Origin: Octopus vulgaris
Lineage: Eukaryota
DNA length: 64,000 nucleotides
Assembly (NCBI GenBank): GCA_951406725.2
Contig: OX597825.1
Span: 12,648,001-12,712,000, forward strand
Direction: 5' to 3'
Position 1 is the stretch's first letter. Each line of letters opens with the position of its first letter. The notes beneath the pieces are model-generated. The model was not told the origin of the DNA. It saw only the letters and a program-made list of their open reading frames with translations, and did no database searches. The position numbers and the translations under genes are program-made. Shown in pieces: positions 38,640 to 52,232 of this stretch.

Positions 38640-39000
38640 AATACCAAGCAGTGACTCACATGACTTCTGGTCTTAACTGATTGGAAGTCAACATGTGCTT
38701 CTTTTTAACTGATGTAAAAGATGGACTACAGCATGTTTTCTGTTAAATGCCGAAGACTTTGCTTGTGCGTTACTTGACTGTAACAATTTGACCATGTCCC
38801 TAAGCGGCCGAGGATTTGTGCATCTGTGATGGCAAGCAGTAATTGGGGAGCGTTATAGCCATGTGGTGGGATGGATCATTGGGGGTTTGAACAATTCACC
38901 CCTTGGAACATGGGCGTCTCATTCATGATCTTTAAACAACCCTTATTCAAGGATCTTTTGAGCAGGACGTGCTACTCGACATCAAGAAAATTCTCGCTAG
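38640..39000 (+). mobile_element. dispersed repeat family E (diverged), adjacent to TAA/GAT repeats
   Basis: 38900-38995 matches 47752-47845 (ggaacatggg...taaacaacccttattca.gga.cttttgagc.gga...tactcga...aagaaaattct). Confidence 0.6.
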
Positions 39001-39755
39001 TTTGCCGTACTCACTCAAATGAGGACTCGGATTTTCGTGTGGTTCCCTGCTTTTTCTATACTTGCTGACTCGCTGTGTTTGGTAGTCCAATCAGATTCGT
39101 TCTAATGTGTGACTTCTGAGTGGTTATGATTATCGCTGCAGCCCTCCTCATCCTTATTGTCACCATAGCTTCTTTGAGAAAACAAAAAAAATTTTAAGTA
39201 TATACATATAAAAAGTAATATATTTCAAGTCATTTGGATTCAAGAAAATAAAAAAAATATCTAAATGTGTATCAAGAAACGATGAGCGTTTATTATATAT
39301 GGAGTCAGGATGTATTTGTAAAGACATGCGTGATCATATTGGCGAATGATGCTGCATATATAGATATATTATATGAAGGTACAGTTCATCTTATGAATAA
39401 CAATTAGGCAAGTTTATATTGTAAACACATCACTATATTACTGTTTTGAATAAATTGAGAATATGGTGAAAAATTTAATACACAGGCACGAGAAACAAAG
39501 GAAATAATCCCTTTTTATTTGCGTCAATAAGAGAAAACCCTATTTAGGAGACCATAGTTTCCTTGTTCAATCGAATATTGATTTTCACTGCGCTGAGCCG
39601 GTCGTTTTGTGTAAAATAAGATACAGGCTATGTTGAAAGATTAAGCGAAAAATTATCCGACGTAATATATGAAAATAATAGACCGAAGACGAACAATTCC
39701 AAGGTAATATTATTAGGTTTACACTCAAAAAAGGAAAACAATTATAGTGTGAAAA

Positions 39756-39792
39756 GAAATAACGTTTCGGACATAGTACTTCATCAGATATC
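39756..39792 (-). ncRNA. minimal type I hammerhead-like motif
   Basis: Minus strand reads GATAT CTGATGA A GTAC-tat-GTCC GAAA CG TT ATTTC. The core is intact, with one mismatch each in stems I and II. Confidence 0.65.
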
Positions 39793-40090
39793 CATACGTG
39801 ATTACGCGATCTCTGACTCTATTTTCGTTGTTTGTGTGCGCGTGTGTATGTGTTTGGATATGCTCATGTGGTAAAAGAATGAGTCGAGCCGTTATAGTAA
39901 TAGCATGAGCTGGGGGATTTTATATTTTGATTCATTAAATCATTGAATTATCGCTGCACTGATAAAAACAAACATGGTTAACGTTTGTGTCTGCCTATTT
40001 GTAAATATATATTTACATACATACATGCATACATACATACATACATACATACATAAACACACGCACACACATATGTATATATGTGCGTGT

Positions 40091-40363
40091 GTGTAAATTT
40101 AGGGCTAAACCACTAGGTGGATAACCATACGCTAGAAGAAGATCACATACGATCTAACTACAAAGAAAGAATGTTCTCTAGAAAAAATTCAGCGAACACC
40201 AGAACACAGGCGGGCATGAAAGATGAAAATTATATAAAAATTACCTGTGTTCTGCTATTCGCTGAATTTTCTCTGGAGAGCATTCTTTATTTCTAGTTAG
40301 ATCGTATGTGATCTTCTTCTAGCGTATGATTATCCACCTAGTAGTTTAGCCCTAAATATACAC
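40091..40363. repeat. imperfect inverted repeat, arms about 120 bp, 33-nt spacer
   Basis: 40091-40210 pairs with 40244-40363. Confidence 0.9.
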
Positions 40364-40862
40364 GTGTATTGAATTTTTTTTTGATTTTTCAGATTTTAAT
40401 ATGCTAGGCTAATGGTTTTAAATTGATATTACTTAAATTAATATTCCATTTATCTCCCTCATTATTTACACACACACACACACACACACACAATCACATA
40501 ATAGGCATCACCCACTAGAAATAACAGCCAAAGCTTCATATTTCTATATATATATATATATAAATGGTCTAAGACTATTTATTTTTTCCCATATATGGTG
40601 GCAAAAAATTCTACAAACTTTTTTTTGCCACCCTATATTGATTAATATATATATATATATATATATAGTAGAGATTATTTGTAAACATAATGTGTCAACC
40701 CCGTTTGGGTTGAATGTTTAAGCCCCAGGAAATGTCATCTCCAGTTGGCTATACGACACACATCTGTGTCCTTATATTTTCAAGCAAGAGAGTTCAGTAC
40801 CCTCATTCAGCACAAAGCAATGTCTATGACCATATACACACATATATATATATATATGGAAT

Positions 40863-41080
40863 AAAAAGTTTTGAATGGTACAACAATTCACTATAATACA
40901 AACAATGGGCTATATACCTGTTGTTATTTTGTCATCCATAGTCTGATATGATATTTTGGAATAAAATTCCAACTTCAGATATCTCGAAATAACATATCAG
41001 ACTATGGACGACTAAATTACAACAGGTAAATAGCCCATTGTTTGTATTATAGTGCATTGCTGAACCATTCAAAACCTTTT
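40863..41080. repeat. imperfect inverted repeat with a central degenerate hammerhead-like motif (40945-40983, minus)
   Basis: Arms at about 40863-40957 and 40985-41080. Minus strand reads GATAT CTGAAGT T GGAAT-ttt-ATTCC AAAA TA TC ATATC. Confidence 0.8.
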
Positions 41081-41137
41081 CTTCTTTACAAACAATACAG
41101 AATGCTTCAAGCGAACTACAATATTCTCCTATATATA

Positions 41138-41173
<36 letters not shown>

Positions 41174-41207
41174 GCATACATATATACCTACATATACATA
41201 TGTATGC

Positions 41208-41246
<39 letters not shown>

Positions 41247-41360
41247 AATCATATATTCAGAAATCCCAAAAGGAAACGAATAAAAAACACAAAAAACAAC
41301 AACGCGTGGATGTGGTACACATAAAATATTAACAGACGCCCAGGGAAGGAAAGAAAGGTC

Positions 41361-41396
41361 GTTTAACGTTTCGAGCGAGGCTCTTCTTCGGAGAGA
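41361..41396 (-). ncRNA. degenerate hammerhead-like motif (core CCGAAGA)
   Basis: Minus strand reads CCGAAGA A GAGC-ctc-GCTC GAAA CG TT. Stem I is poor. Confidence 0.4.
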
Positions 41397-41502
41397 GGAG
41401 ACAGAGGAAAGTCCAATAAGAAAGGAAGACGAAGGAAAAAAAGATGCCAACAATTCACATGTTGTTACATTATGAAACACACAGACAGATACACACAAAC
41501 AC

Positions 41503-41913
<411 letters not shown>

Positions 41914-42619
41914 TCATACAAATATATATACATACGCACACACACACATATATATATAAATAATCATGTGTGTATGCAAATATAAATATAAACATTCAGA
42001 GAGAGAGAAAGAGAGAGTGAGATCGATGTAGGTAGACAGTGTAAGAGAAAAGAATATATATGTGTAAATTGCCTCCAAGCTATGTACATGGTTAACCATA
42101 TAGTTTTATTATTCATTAGATGGAAGAAAAATAAATAAAAGCGTTTTTGCTACAAAAAAATAAATACAGAGATGTAATAACGAACGAGGGTGACACGGAG
42201 AATACCGGGAAATTTCAGAGATAATGAGGAATCAAGAGACAAATATAAAATATAAGCTGTTTTGTATATATTTGTATCACAGACACACACACACACAAAC
42301 ACACGCACAAGCACACACAGATATGACCTCTCAGACACATATGTAAAGATGCGTGTGAGTACTTGTATGTTTGTAATTAATACTAATCGTTGCAATTATT
42401 TACAGAAGTTCTCAGTCATATGGTAGAATCTGAGAATATTCTCACGTGATGGAGAATGGCTGAAGAGTCTTGCAAATCGACAGAATAAACAATTTTAATA
42501 TTATATAAACCAGATATTGTGTGCTTCGAGTTTATTATTTTGATTTGTGAACACTGTAAGTATGCACTGAGAAGTATCATTATATGTAGACGCATAAATA
42601 TATATAAAGTGGCCACCGT

Positions 42620-42735
42620 GTTGGTCCAGGGTAGCACTACCTCTTGCAGGCATTTGATGTAGGCCTCCATGTTGAGTCTGATGCCCTGTGGAAAGATGAA
42701 TGGGGGCCACAACGCCGTCATCACTAGTGATCACT
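42620..42735 (-). mobile_element. Tc1/mariner-superfamily transposase fragment
   Basis: ITSDDGV / PPFIFPQGIRLNMEAYIKCLQEVVLPW resembles a DDD catalytic-domain segment. Confidence 0.6.
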
Positions 42736-42742
42736 TCATTTA

Positions 42743-42855
42743 ATCATCATCATAATCATTATAATCACTATCTTAACTATTATTATTATTCTTATTGTCA
42801 TCATCATCATTATCATCATCTCCACCACCAAAGTCACCATCATCATCACCACCAC

Positions 42856-42893
<38 letters not shown>

Positions 42894-43140
42894 ACATCAT
42901 CATCATCACCACCACCACCACCACCATCATCATCATCATTATCATGATCATGATCATGATCATCATCATCATCATCACCACCACAACCACCACCACCACC
43001 AACACCACCATTATCATCATCATCACCATCATCACCACCACCACGACCACCACGACCACCACGACCACCACGACCACCACGACCACCACGACCACCACGA
43101 CCACCATCATTATCATCATAATCATCATCATTATTATTAT
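42743..43140. repeat. (CAT)n/(CAC)n/(CACGACCAC)n compound microsatellite
   Basis: Seen directly in the sequence. Confidence 0.95.
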
Positions 43141-44009
43141 GTTTACTGGATGTTTGATTCTTATCACTCTCGGTACATATCCTCAGATTGCACTGTTCTC
43201 AGATTAACACCCAAACACTCTGAAACGTTCGTACTGGAGCTTCCGGCGAGAATGCCAAACAGTACAGCATGTCGTTTCCAAATTTGCTACAGAGTGAATT
43301 GTATCATGCTGCTGTTTTTCTCACAGACGTTGCCCAACTGACCCTACTATACTGTGTAGTCGATGAAATCAAAAACAAACAATATGCATCCGCGAAATTA
43401 AAACTATAATATGTCGACAATTTACGCATCGCACCCTGTATAATCATTTAAGTTTTGATTCATAGTAGTACAACTATTACGGGTATGCTCGAAGTTGCCA
43501 TTCTATTGCGCTTCCACTTTACAATAATTATGAAAATCAGGTACAGTATAGTGTTAGTGTCAACACCATACTAACTATTCCTTTATTATAGTTGAGTACA
43601 TATGCACTATGTCTGTCAGATGAGTTCTGTTCTATAATTCGCAGTTAATGAGGTTTCTATAGCTTGTTACATAGTTTTCTGAATTTTTTTATACGATCGT
43701 AGTGTTATCAGATAATATGCTTTATATATCTGCTTTGATCAAATTGTATCCATTGTCATTTCGATCATGAGTTATGTCTGTTGTGTTATTTTGTTGATTA
43801 GATTTTGTACATGATATGTCCTGTTATTATCCATTGATATGACAAAAAGATGTATAGCTATATACCACAGCCGGTATGATGTGATGACAAACATCTGGGA
43901 TATTCTTATCGATACTGACTAGAAAATTACAATATTCTCTACGACTATAATAATCAAAAATTGGAATGAAAATGTCTATGCTTTAATTAATATCTCGATC
44001 TACTCTTGA

Positions 44010-44545
44010 TCTATATTACATCGACCCGAGTGTTTCATTGGTACTTAATTTATCGATCCCGAAAGGATGAAAGGCAAAGTCGACCACGGCGGAATTTGAA
44101 ATCAGAACGTAGCAGCAGGCGAAATACCTATTTCTTTACTACCAACAAGGGGTTAAACACAGAGAGGACAAACAAGGACAGACAAACGGATTAAGTCGAT
44201 TATATCGACTCTAGTGAGTAACTGGTACTTATTTAATCGACCCCGAAAGGATGAAAGGCAAAGTCGACCACGGCGGAATTTGAACTCAGAACATAACGGC
44301 AGACGAAATACCTATTTCTTTACTACAAACAAGGGGCTAAACACAGAGAGGACAAACAAGGACAGACAGACGGATTAAGTCGATTACATCGACACCAGTG
44401 CGTAATTCGTACTTAATTTATCGACCCCGAAAGGATGAAAGGCAAAGTCGACCTCGACGGAATTTGAAATCAGAACGTAACGGCAGACAATATAGGGCTA
44501 CGCATTTCGCCCGGCGTGCTAACGATTATGCCAGCTAGCCGCCTT
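44010..44545 (-). mobile_element. SINE family B trimer (one head, three bodies)
   Basis: Head at about 44500-44545. The junction cgaaatacctatttctttact occurs at about 44120 and 44304. Confidence 0.9.
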
Positions 44546-45134
44546 ACAGCTCGATAGTAATACCATGAATAAGAAGAAGAAAAAAGGAAATATAGGAGAG
44601 AATTACAAAAACAGCAATGTGAAAAAAATAGGATGTTATACGGACAATTTGACAGAGACAAAGGAGCATAATTCATGCTTGTCGTGGAGTTGGTTGTGTA
44701 ATGTAAATTTGAAGAGAAAAACAGCAAGATATCTCCTAGCTACGTCAGATCAAACAGCTATTTGAAACTCGATTAAAAATTCATTTTCTCTTATGGGATA
44801 TTCTGTCCAATGCGTATTTACGGCGAGGAGGCAGAGAATATGACACACTTAGTAAAATTTTTTACCCAGAATTATAACAAATCCCACATTGACTAAGAGA
44901 TCTTCAAGTAGACCTGTATTTTGGTGTGACCGTAAAAAAATTATAAGAATTAAGAACCGAACATATGAAAATATGCTATGTAAGAGAAAGCAGAGAAAAA
45001 TATCTGAAGTTTGGACAGACTAAAATTAGATTTGAAGGGATTGGCCTGAGAAGAATAAAAGAGTTCTTTGAAAGAAAATAAAATTCGAAGCGGGTGGTGA
45101 AGAAATTATACGATTGAATTGTTTTAAAAAAAAT

Positions 45135-45621
45135 ACGTTTTTGGATTTGGTCTGCAAAATTCTTTATATGAGTCCGTGTGTTGAAGCATATTCTGTTTTG
45201 TCTGGGGAGAGTCATTTTGTTTTTGTGCCTTATTATGTAACACACTCACAGGTAAAATTTCCACGTTTTTCTTATTTTTATTGTCCTAAAATTTTCGTTG
45301 CGTCTTGCAACCATTTCAATAGTTTTGACTCTCGAGCTTCTGTTGGAACTAAGACACCTGAAATTAGTTTAAAGTACTTTTGGCCTATGCTCAAAAGCGA
45401 TATATCTCTCATCATTCTCAGGGCTATGAAACTTAATCTGGTGATAGATAGCTGAAGCATGTTATGGCAACGACCAATAGAGTCAAAGCTATTGAAAAGG
45501 TTGCAAGACGCAACGAAAATTTGAGGACAATAAAAATAAGAAATAAGTGGAAATTTTACCGGTGACTGTGTTACATAATAAGGCACAAAAAGAAAATGAC
45601 TCTCCGCTGACACAACAGAAT
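45135..45621. mobile_element. family P1 inverted-repeat element with outward-facing hammerhead-like motifs
   Basis: Arms 45190-45332 and 45479-45621 flank a 146-nt spacer. Motifs lie at 45283-45329 (-) and 45482-45528 (+). Confidence 0.8.
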
Positions 45622-45854
45622 GAATAAATTAAAAGTTGCAAAAAACAATAAAATAATTGAACAATATTAATGAAGTAAAGAAAAGCTATTAATTGTAGCA
45701 GGATTCAGTTTTAAAATTTCTGCAACTACCAATATATAGCTATGACTGCAACATGAAATAGGATACGCTTTCTATTACCTTCCTGTATTGTCCATAACTG
45801 AAGATTACAGGATCATCGGTGAAAACCTTTTTGGTTTAATGTGGACATTAAATA

Positions 45855-46250
45855 GGCGCAGGAGTGGCTGTGTGGTAAGTAGCTTGCTAACCAACCACAT
45901 GGTTCCGGGTTCAGTCCCACTGCGTGGCATCTTGGGCAAGTGTCTTCTGCTATAGCCCCGTGAGTGGATTTGGTAGACGGAAACTGAAAGAAGCCTGTCG
46001 TATATATGTATATATATATGTGTGTGTGTGTATTTGTATGTCTGTGTTTGTCCTCCTAGCATTGTTTGACAACCGATGCTGGTGTGTTTGCGTCCCCGTC
46101 ACCTAGCGGTTCGGCAAAAAGAGACCGATAGAATAAGTACTGGGCTTACAAAGAATAAGTCCCGGGGTCGATTTGCTCGACTAAAGGCTTTGCTCCAGCA
46201 TGGCCGCAGTCAAATTACTGAAACAAGTAAAAGAATAAAAGAATAAAGAA
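45855..46250 (+). mobile_element. SINE family A
   Basis: Near-identical to the 1039 copy, with a small internal deletion at about 45960. Confidence 0.9.
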
Positions 46251-46473
46251 TGTGAGGTTCCAGGACCAGGTACTACCTAGCAAAGAACTTCTTGTATCAC
46301 TTATTGAAAGTTTGTACAATAGTCTTCCGTGTTATGCTCCTTCCCGAATCACACCTCAACTGGCAGAATTATAAGAGTAATAATAAGAACAACAATGATA
46401 ATAACAATTGCGTCTATATTTTCTACAAAAGCGCGTATTTATTCTCCAAATATTTTCATATACATACACACAA

Positions 46474-46514
<41 letters not shown>

Positions 46515-46553
46515 GCGAGAGAGAGAGAGAAAGAGAGAAAGACACACACAGAG

Positions 46554-46561
46554 ACAGATAA

Positions 46562-46621
<60 letters not shown>

Positions 46622-46626
46622 GTAGG

Positions 46627-46658
<32 letters not shown>

Positions 46659-46731
46659 TAGACAGACAGATAGATAGATAGATAGATAGATAGATAGGTA
46701 GGTAGGTAGATAGATAGACAGACCGACCGAC

Positions 46732-46794
<63 letters not shown>
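46554..46794. repeat. (GATA)n microsatellite
   Basis: Seen directly in the sequence. Confidence 0.97.
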
Positions 46795-46795
<1 letters not shown>

Positions 46796-46891
46796 GAGAT
46801 GAATGAGAAAACGTTAACAATACAATAGTATGCTGGAAGGGGTTCATATGTTATAACGCAAATGCAAATAGATAGAAATAAAGTAAAGCCT

Positions 46892-47037
46892 ATCGAGCTG
46901 CTGTTGCGATTAAGACACCCGAAATTAGTTTGAAGCATTTTTGGCCCAAGCTCAAATGCGATATACCTCTCATTCTCAAGACTATGAAACTTAAGCTGGT
47001 GATTGATAGCTGAAGCGTGTTTTGGCAACGACCAATC
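46892..47037 (+). repeat. solo copy of the P1 spacer sequence
   Basis: Matches 45332-45478 (tcgagct.ctgttg...taagacacc.gaaattagttt...gatagctgaagc...ggcaacgaccaat). Confidence 0.8.
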
Positions 47038-47581
47038 ATTTTACAGCACAAACAATCATCACCTTTTTCGCCTGAAAGCATTGCAGTACTTAACTTCTCT
47101 TCTGCAGGGTATGTTATGTTAAAGCGACTTCAGTACTCCTTTCCAATAAATATCATGAAGCGGCAAATTGTCGGTATGGAAACCGTTTCTTGATGGTTTC
47201 CTTGTATTTGTTTCTCTGGGGTTTTTTTTTTTTGGCCTACACTTACTCTTTATTAAGTAATTTGTATACCTTTCTTTTCATTATAAGGCAATGGGAAATT
47301 GATTGGGTAACAGGGCTGTTGGTAACCACTTCCCCCGACACCCTATTCTAGGAGACAACAGGACGGCCTCGCCTCATTCATTGAGCCGCCGATTAATTGT
47401 ACTGGGGAATTTCACTAAATTCCCCTTTAAGGTATTCCTAAAGCTGCAACTGATTGTGTTTTGGGTTAAAAGTTCAAATCTGCCCAACTTCCTTGTTGTA
47501 AAAAAAACCAACTATGAAAAGAAAAAATAGTATTCGTATTATATAATAATAATAAAAATAATGGTGATCACGATGATGATG

Positions 47582-47645
<64 letters not shown>

Positions 47646-47677
47646 TGATAATGATGATAATAATAATGATGATCATG

Positions 47678-47747
<70 letters not shown>

Positions 47748-48028
47748 ACCTCTGGAAACATGGGTGTTTCGTTCAACGTCCTTAAACAACCCTTATTCAG
47801 GGACCTTTTGAGCGGGATGGGTTACTCGATCTGAAGAAAATTCTAACTGGGCTCCACCTGCAAGGTCATGTGCTGTTTATCTTGATATGAGATCACCATG
47901 TCGCGCACATATGGTTGTGATGCATGTGCCTGGTGTACCCTTATCAGACGGGTAGTCATGATGGGTATGCTGGGCTTCGTATATTTTACCCCAGTGTCAC
48001 TTTGATGGCATGCTCTGCTCGCTCACTC
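47748..48028 (+). mobile_element. family E element 3' part embedded in (TAA)n
   Basis: Flanked on both sides by long AAT arrays (47543-47745 and 48029-48205). Homologous to 38900-38995 and 7395-7440. Confidence 0.7.
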
Positions 48029-48066
<38 letters not shown>

Positions 48067-48089
48067 TGATGATGATGATGATGATGATG

Positions 48090-48206
<117 letters not shown>

Positions 48207-49199
48207 TAGTGATTATGCTGATGAATGAAATAAAAGAAAAATTGTTCAATAATGAGACATAAACATCGGTCATAATAGTAATTGTTCCACTGGGAAGGAT
48301 AAAATATAACACAATGAAAAATCTATATAAGTTAATACTAAAGTTTAGATTATTACACAATGAATATAAAAACATTAATGTTGCCAGACAACGAACATTC
48401 ACTGGCGAAGCGAGTTCAACAAAGTAGTTGATGTACGTGTGATGGTTTGTTTGAGTCTATACGCACATACATACATATATACATGCATACATGTGTGTGT
48501 ATGTGCGTTTTTGTATTCATATCTATTCATATATATATATTTTCATATATTATGCTATATAAAGTAATGCAATGAAGTAAGGAAACAAAATCTCGACGAA
48601 AGCTTTAAGGACAACAATTAGCTTCCACCACAAACTATTTTATCTCCAAACACAGTAGACTATTATTCTGTTGCTGTAGCAATTCATGAAAAGATGTATA
48701 TCATGAATGTATAGCAGCGGAGCCACATATATAATGGGTTAAGAGACAAAAAAAGCCAGTATTATATTTTATTATGGAAGCAGTCATTTTTTGTTAACAA
48801 AAAAATATAGAATGTTAATATAGACTATTGATTGTTGTAACATGTATTATGTTACAACAATAATTATAAATACTACTTCAATGTTACTGTTACCTATGAT
48901 GTACTTGATATCGATATTAGGAAAAGAGCAAAAATATAACAAGGCAAATTACTGATCGTGTACTGTTATGGGAAATACTTTTAAACAGCATTTAGCTTCA
49001 GTAGAGGTTTTTCACGCTAAATGTAAACTGGAAATGTAGAACCACTATGTAAATGATATGACCATTATATAACAAGAATCTTTAAGAAAGATCGAAGAGT
49101 TTGAAATACACTGCACTTTTAAAGTTATAGTGTGCATAAGCTCGGCACTTTTCTTAACGTATATTTTTGCTTTGATCTTGACATTTGGGAAGTTTATCA

Positions 49200-49470
49200 A
49201 TTCTGGAATTCAACAAGTTGAGACGAGACGTCAAGAAACAAAATTTCTTAACGGTGCAAAAATAGCGTGATCTAAATCTTCTCGAATATGATTTAGAAAA
49301 GTTAATTATTAACCATATTATCTTAGTATCTTCTGCACAACTGCCACTTGGGCCAAGTTCAGTTATCCTATATAGATATTCAAGTCTATGAGTGTATATT
49401 GTCTTCCAGATCTCTACTGGTATACCCATTTCTTTGTCATCATATTGTTCGTAGTAAATACTAGAAGTTA
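49200..49470 (-). mobile_element. highly decayed Penelope-like reverse transcriptase fragment
   Basis: Minus strand gives YYEQYDDKEMGIPV...IYTHRLE (cf. YEQxxGxAMGSP...IFMxxLE), EDTKIIW (cf. DDTFIIW) and a frameshifted FLDV. Confidence 0.5.
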
Positions 49471-49639
49471 TTCTAATACAGGATAACTCACCTCTATTAT
49501 TATTTTCGAAAGTTCTCTTATTATATGTTAGCGTTTTAGAATTGATGGAGCAGTTTCAGAGGGTTTAATTAAGATAACACCCTTAATGATTAGAAAACAT
49601 CATTGATGTAGAAGTTCGATTTACAGCCATATTATTTTC

Positions 49640-50010
49640 GTTTCACTCTCAATTCGCAACACCTTAGGCTAGTTTCTTCTGCTTTAGACGTGGGCCAACA
49701 AAAGCGTCCCGGCTTCAGAGTAAAATTTGTTTGCCGGAAAGTGAAGAAGTTGTATATATGAGGTGCATCTTTATCTATATCTATATCTATATATATGTAT
49801 ATCTTTGTGTATGTGTTTGTGTACGTACATGCCCCTGCTTGACAACCGGTGTTAGCTTATTTCTGTCCCCGTAACAATAATTTAATAGAATATCTTGCAT
49901 TAAGTACTAGCCTTTAAAATAATATATCCTGGTCTTATTTTGTTTGATTAAACCCTTGAGGGCGGTGCTCCTGCATGGTCGCAGAGCATTGACCGATGCA
50001 AGAAATAAAA
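49640..50010 (+). mobile_element. old SINE family A copy
   Basis: gcttgacaaccggtgttag...taagtactag...ggcggtgctcctgcatggtcgcag. Confidence 0.6.
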
Positions 50011-50281
50011 ACCAACAACTATGGGGTTATAATGCGAAAAGTTTAATTATAAGGGGTTAACACATGATTTCAATATTAGCATTGACTGTGATTTGCTACA
50101 GATTTGGTTACTATATGTATCATAGGAATCGAACTCATAGAGGACTTTTCTGTGGCTATTGCTTGTGTAGATATGAGTAGTTAGGTGTGTGTGTGTCTTC
50201 GTGAGAGAGAGAGAGAGAGCGAAAGAGCGAACGTAAATAGATATTTGGTAAACTGTATCCATCTGTATATGTATCTGTATA

Positions 50282-50344
<63 letters not shown>

Positions 50345-50605
50345 TATATATATATAATATATGTGTGTGTGTGTGTATGTGTATTTAGGTAGATAGAGAT
50401 ATAGATATATAAAGTAGTTAAGTCTACTCACGTCTCAGACGTTACAGTATATGGATGGTTTCCTATAATACCGATCACGACTGTCTCCGGGAGAATCATA
50501 TACGCATATGTGTGCAAATACATATAGATGCAAAGGTGAACGTCATGTATCGACTGAAACCTACATACATTTATAACCATACATATATATCATATATATA
50601 TATAT

Positions 50606-50730
<125 letters not shown>

Positions 50731-50775
50731 GTATATATATACAGATATACAGGCATACTTAACCCTATACTTGTG

Positions 50776-50812
<37 letters not shown>

Positions 50813-51781
50813 TAATAAATAGATTGTTACAGATAGATAGATAAAGAGAGAGGGAGGAAGGCAGGGGGAGAGAAATTAGTAAGCAGAGGAAGAGATGTAG
50901 AGAGAGAGAAAGAGAGAGAGAGAGAAACATATAAATCTATGGATATACAAATAGGCTGAGTGAGACAGACACATAGAGATGAAGGTTTAACTTTGAAAAG
51001 GAGAGACAGAAGCTCAGAAACTGATGAGAGGGCGACTTCACCGTGAAAATAAAAGATATCAATTTGATTTGCAAATTTAGTTATAGTTTGTTTCCTTAAT
51101 CTAATGTTTGTCTAGGTTGGATGTGCTGTCTCCATTAAATACTGGTCTTTGTCTTGATTTTGTCCAATATTATACTGGTCTGCACACTTATTTTCTCTAC
51201 TGATATTTTCTGATGTTTTATGATTTTCGCTTTTGTGATGGTATATGAATTAAATAAATTCTGATCAACTGGTCAATTATTTTGCAAGCAAACCGTGTTT
51301 TTTACTATTTTTAATAATCAATTTCTTGTTGGTTTTATATTTTTTATATCATTATTTTTCGTTAGCCTACTAATTTGAGTTTAAATAATTTTACGTCTCT
51401 GTTTCTCATTGATTAAGAGCTCTTCAGATCTAAGCTAGCGCTTGCATCAGTGTTTTTACATCTACAATTATCAACGTAGTCTTTAGAGCAACAACGTAAT
51501 ATCTGATGAAACGAGTGATGTTTAATTTCAGCAATTAACAAGAATAAAATACTCAGAGGGGGAATAATTTTTTCTGTCTGGAAGGAGAATCTGCAGTATC
51601 TCGTGTAGCATCCTTTGACGATCTGCTCTCCATTATTCATTTATGACGAGGCCCCTCTCATCTTCTAGCAAAGACATTTCTGGCACTTCTGTATATTTTT
51701 CTTTAAAGCTAAATACAAATGATGAACTAAAATCAAATAGGGAAGCAATAACACTTCAAATTTTTGGAAGCATAATGTATT

Positions 51782-52232
51782 CTTTTGTACTCTAGGCACA
51801 ATGCCCGAAATTTTGGGGGATGGGGCCAGTCGATTAGATCGGCTCCAGAACGCAACTGGTACTTAATTAATTTATCGATCCCGAATGGATGAAAGGGAAT
51901 TTGAACTCAGAACGTAAAGATAGACGAAATAGCGCTATACATTTCGCCCAGCGTGTAAAAGTTACTACCATCTCGCCACCTTAGGAAACGCAATATATAT
52001 TTCTTTATTGGTCACAGGGGCCTAAACATAGTGGGGACAAACAAAGACAGACAAAGGGATTAAGCCGATTACATCAACACCAGTGCATAACTGGTACTTA
52101 TTTAATCGACCCCCGAAAGGATGAAAGTCAAAGTCGACCTCGGCGGAATTTGAAGTCAGAACGTAAAGATAGACGAAATAGCGCTATACATTTCGCCCAG
52201 CGTGCTAACGTTACTACCAGCTCGCCACCTTA
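51782..52232 (-). mobile_element. two tandem SINE-B copies, each with a head
   Basis: Heads end at about 51982 and 52231. A target-like 16-mer occurs three times (51766, 51984, 52233). Confidence 0.85.

Noticed and set aside
42700-43341. His-rich 213-aa ORF
   Set aside because: A (CAT)n/(CAC)n microsatellite joined to a transposase fragment on the opposite strand.
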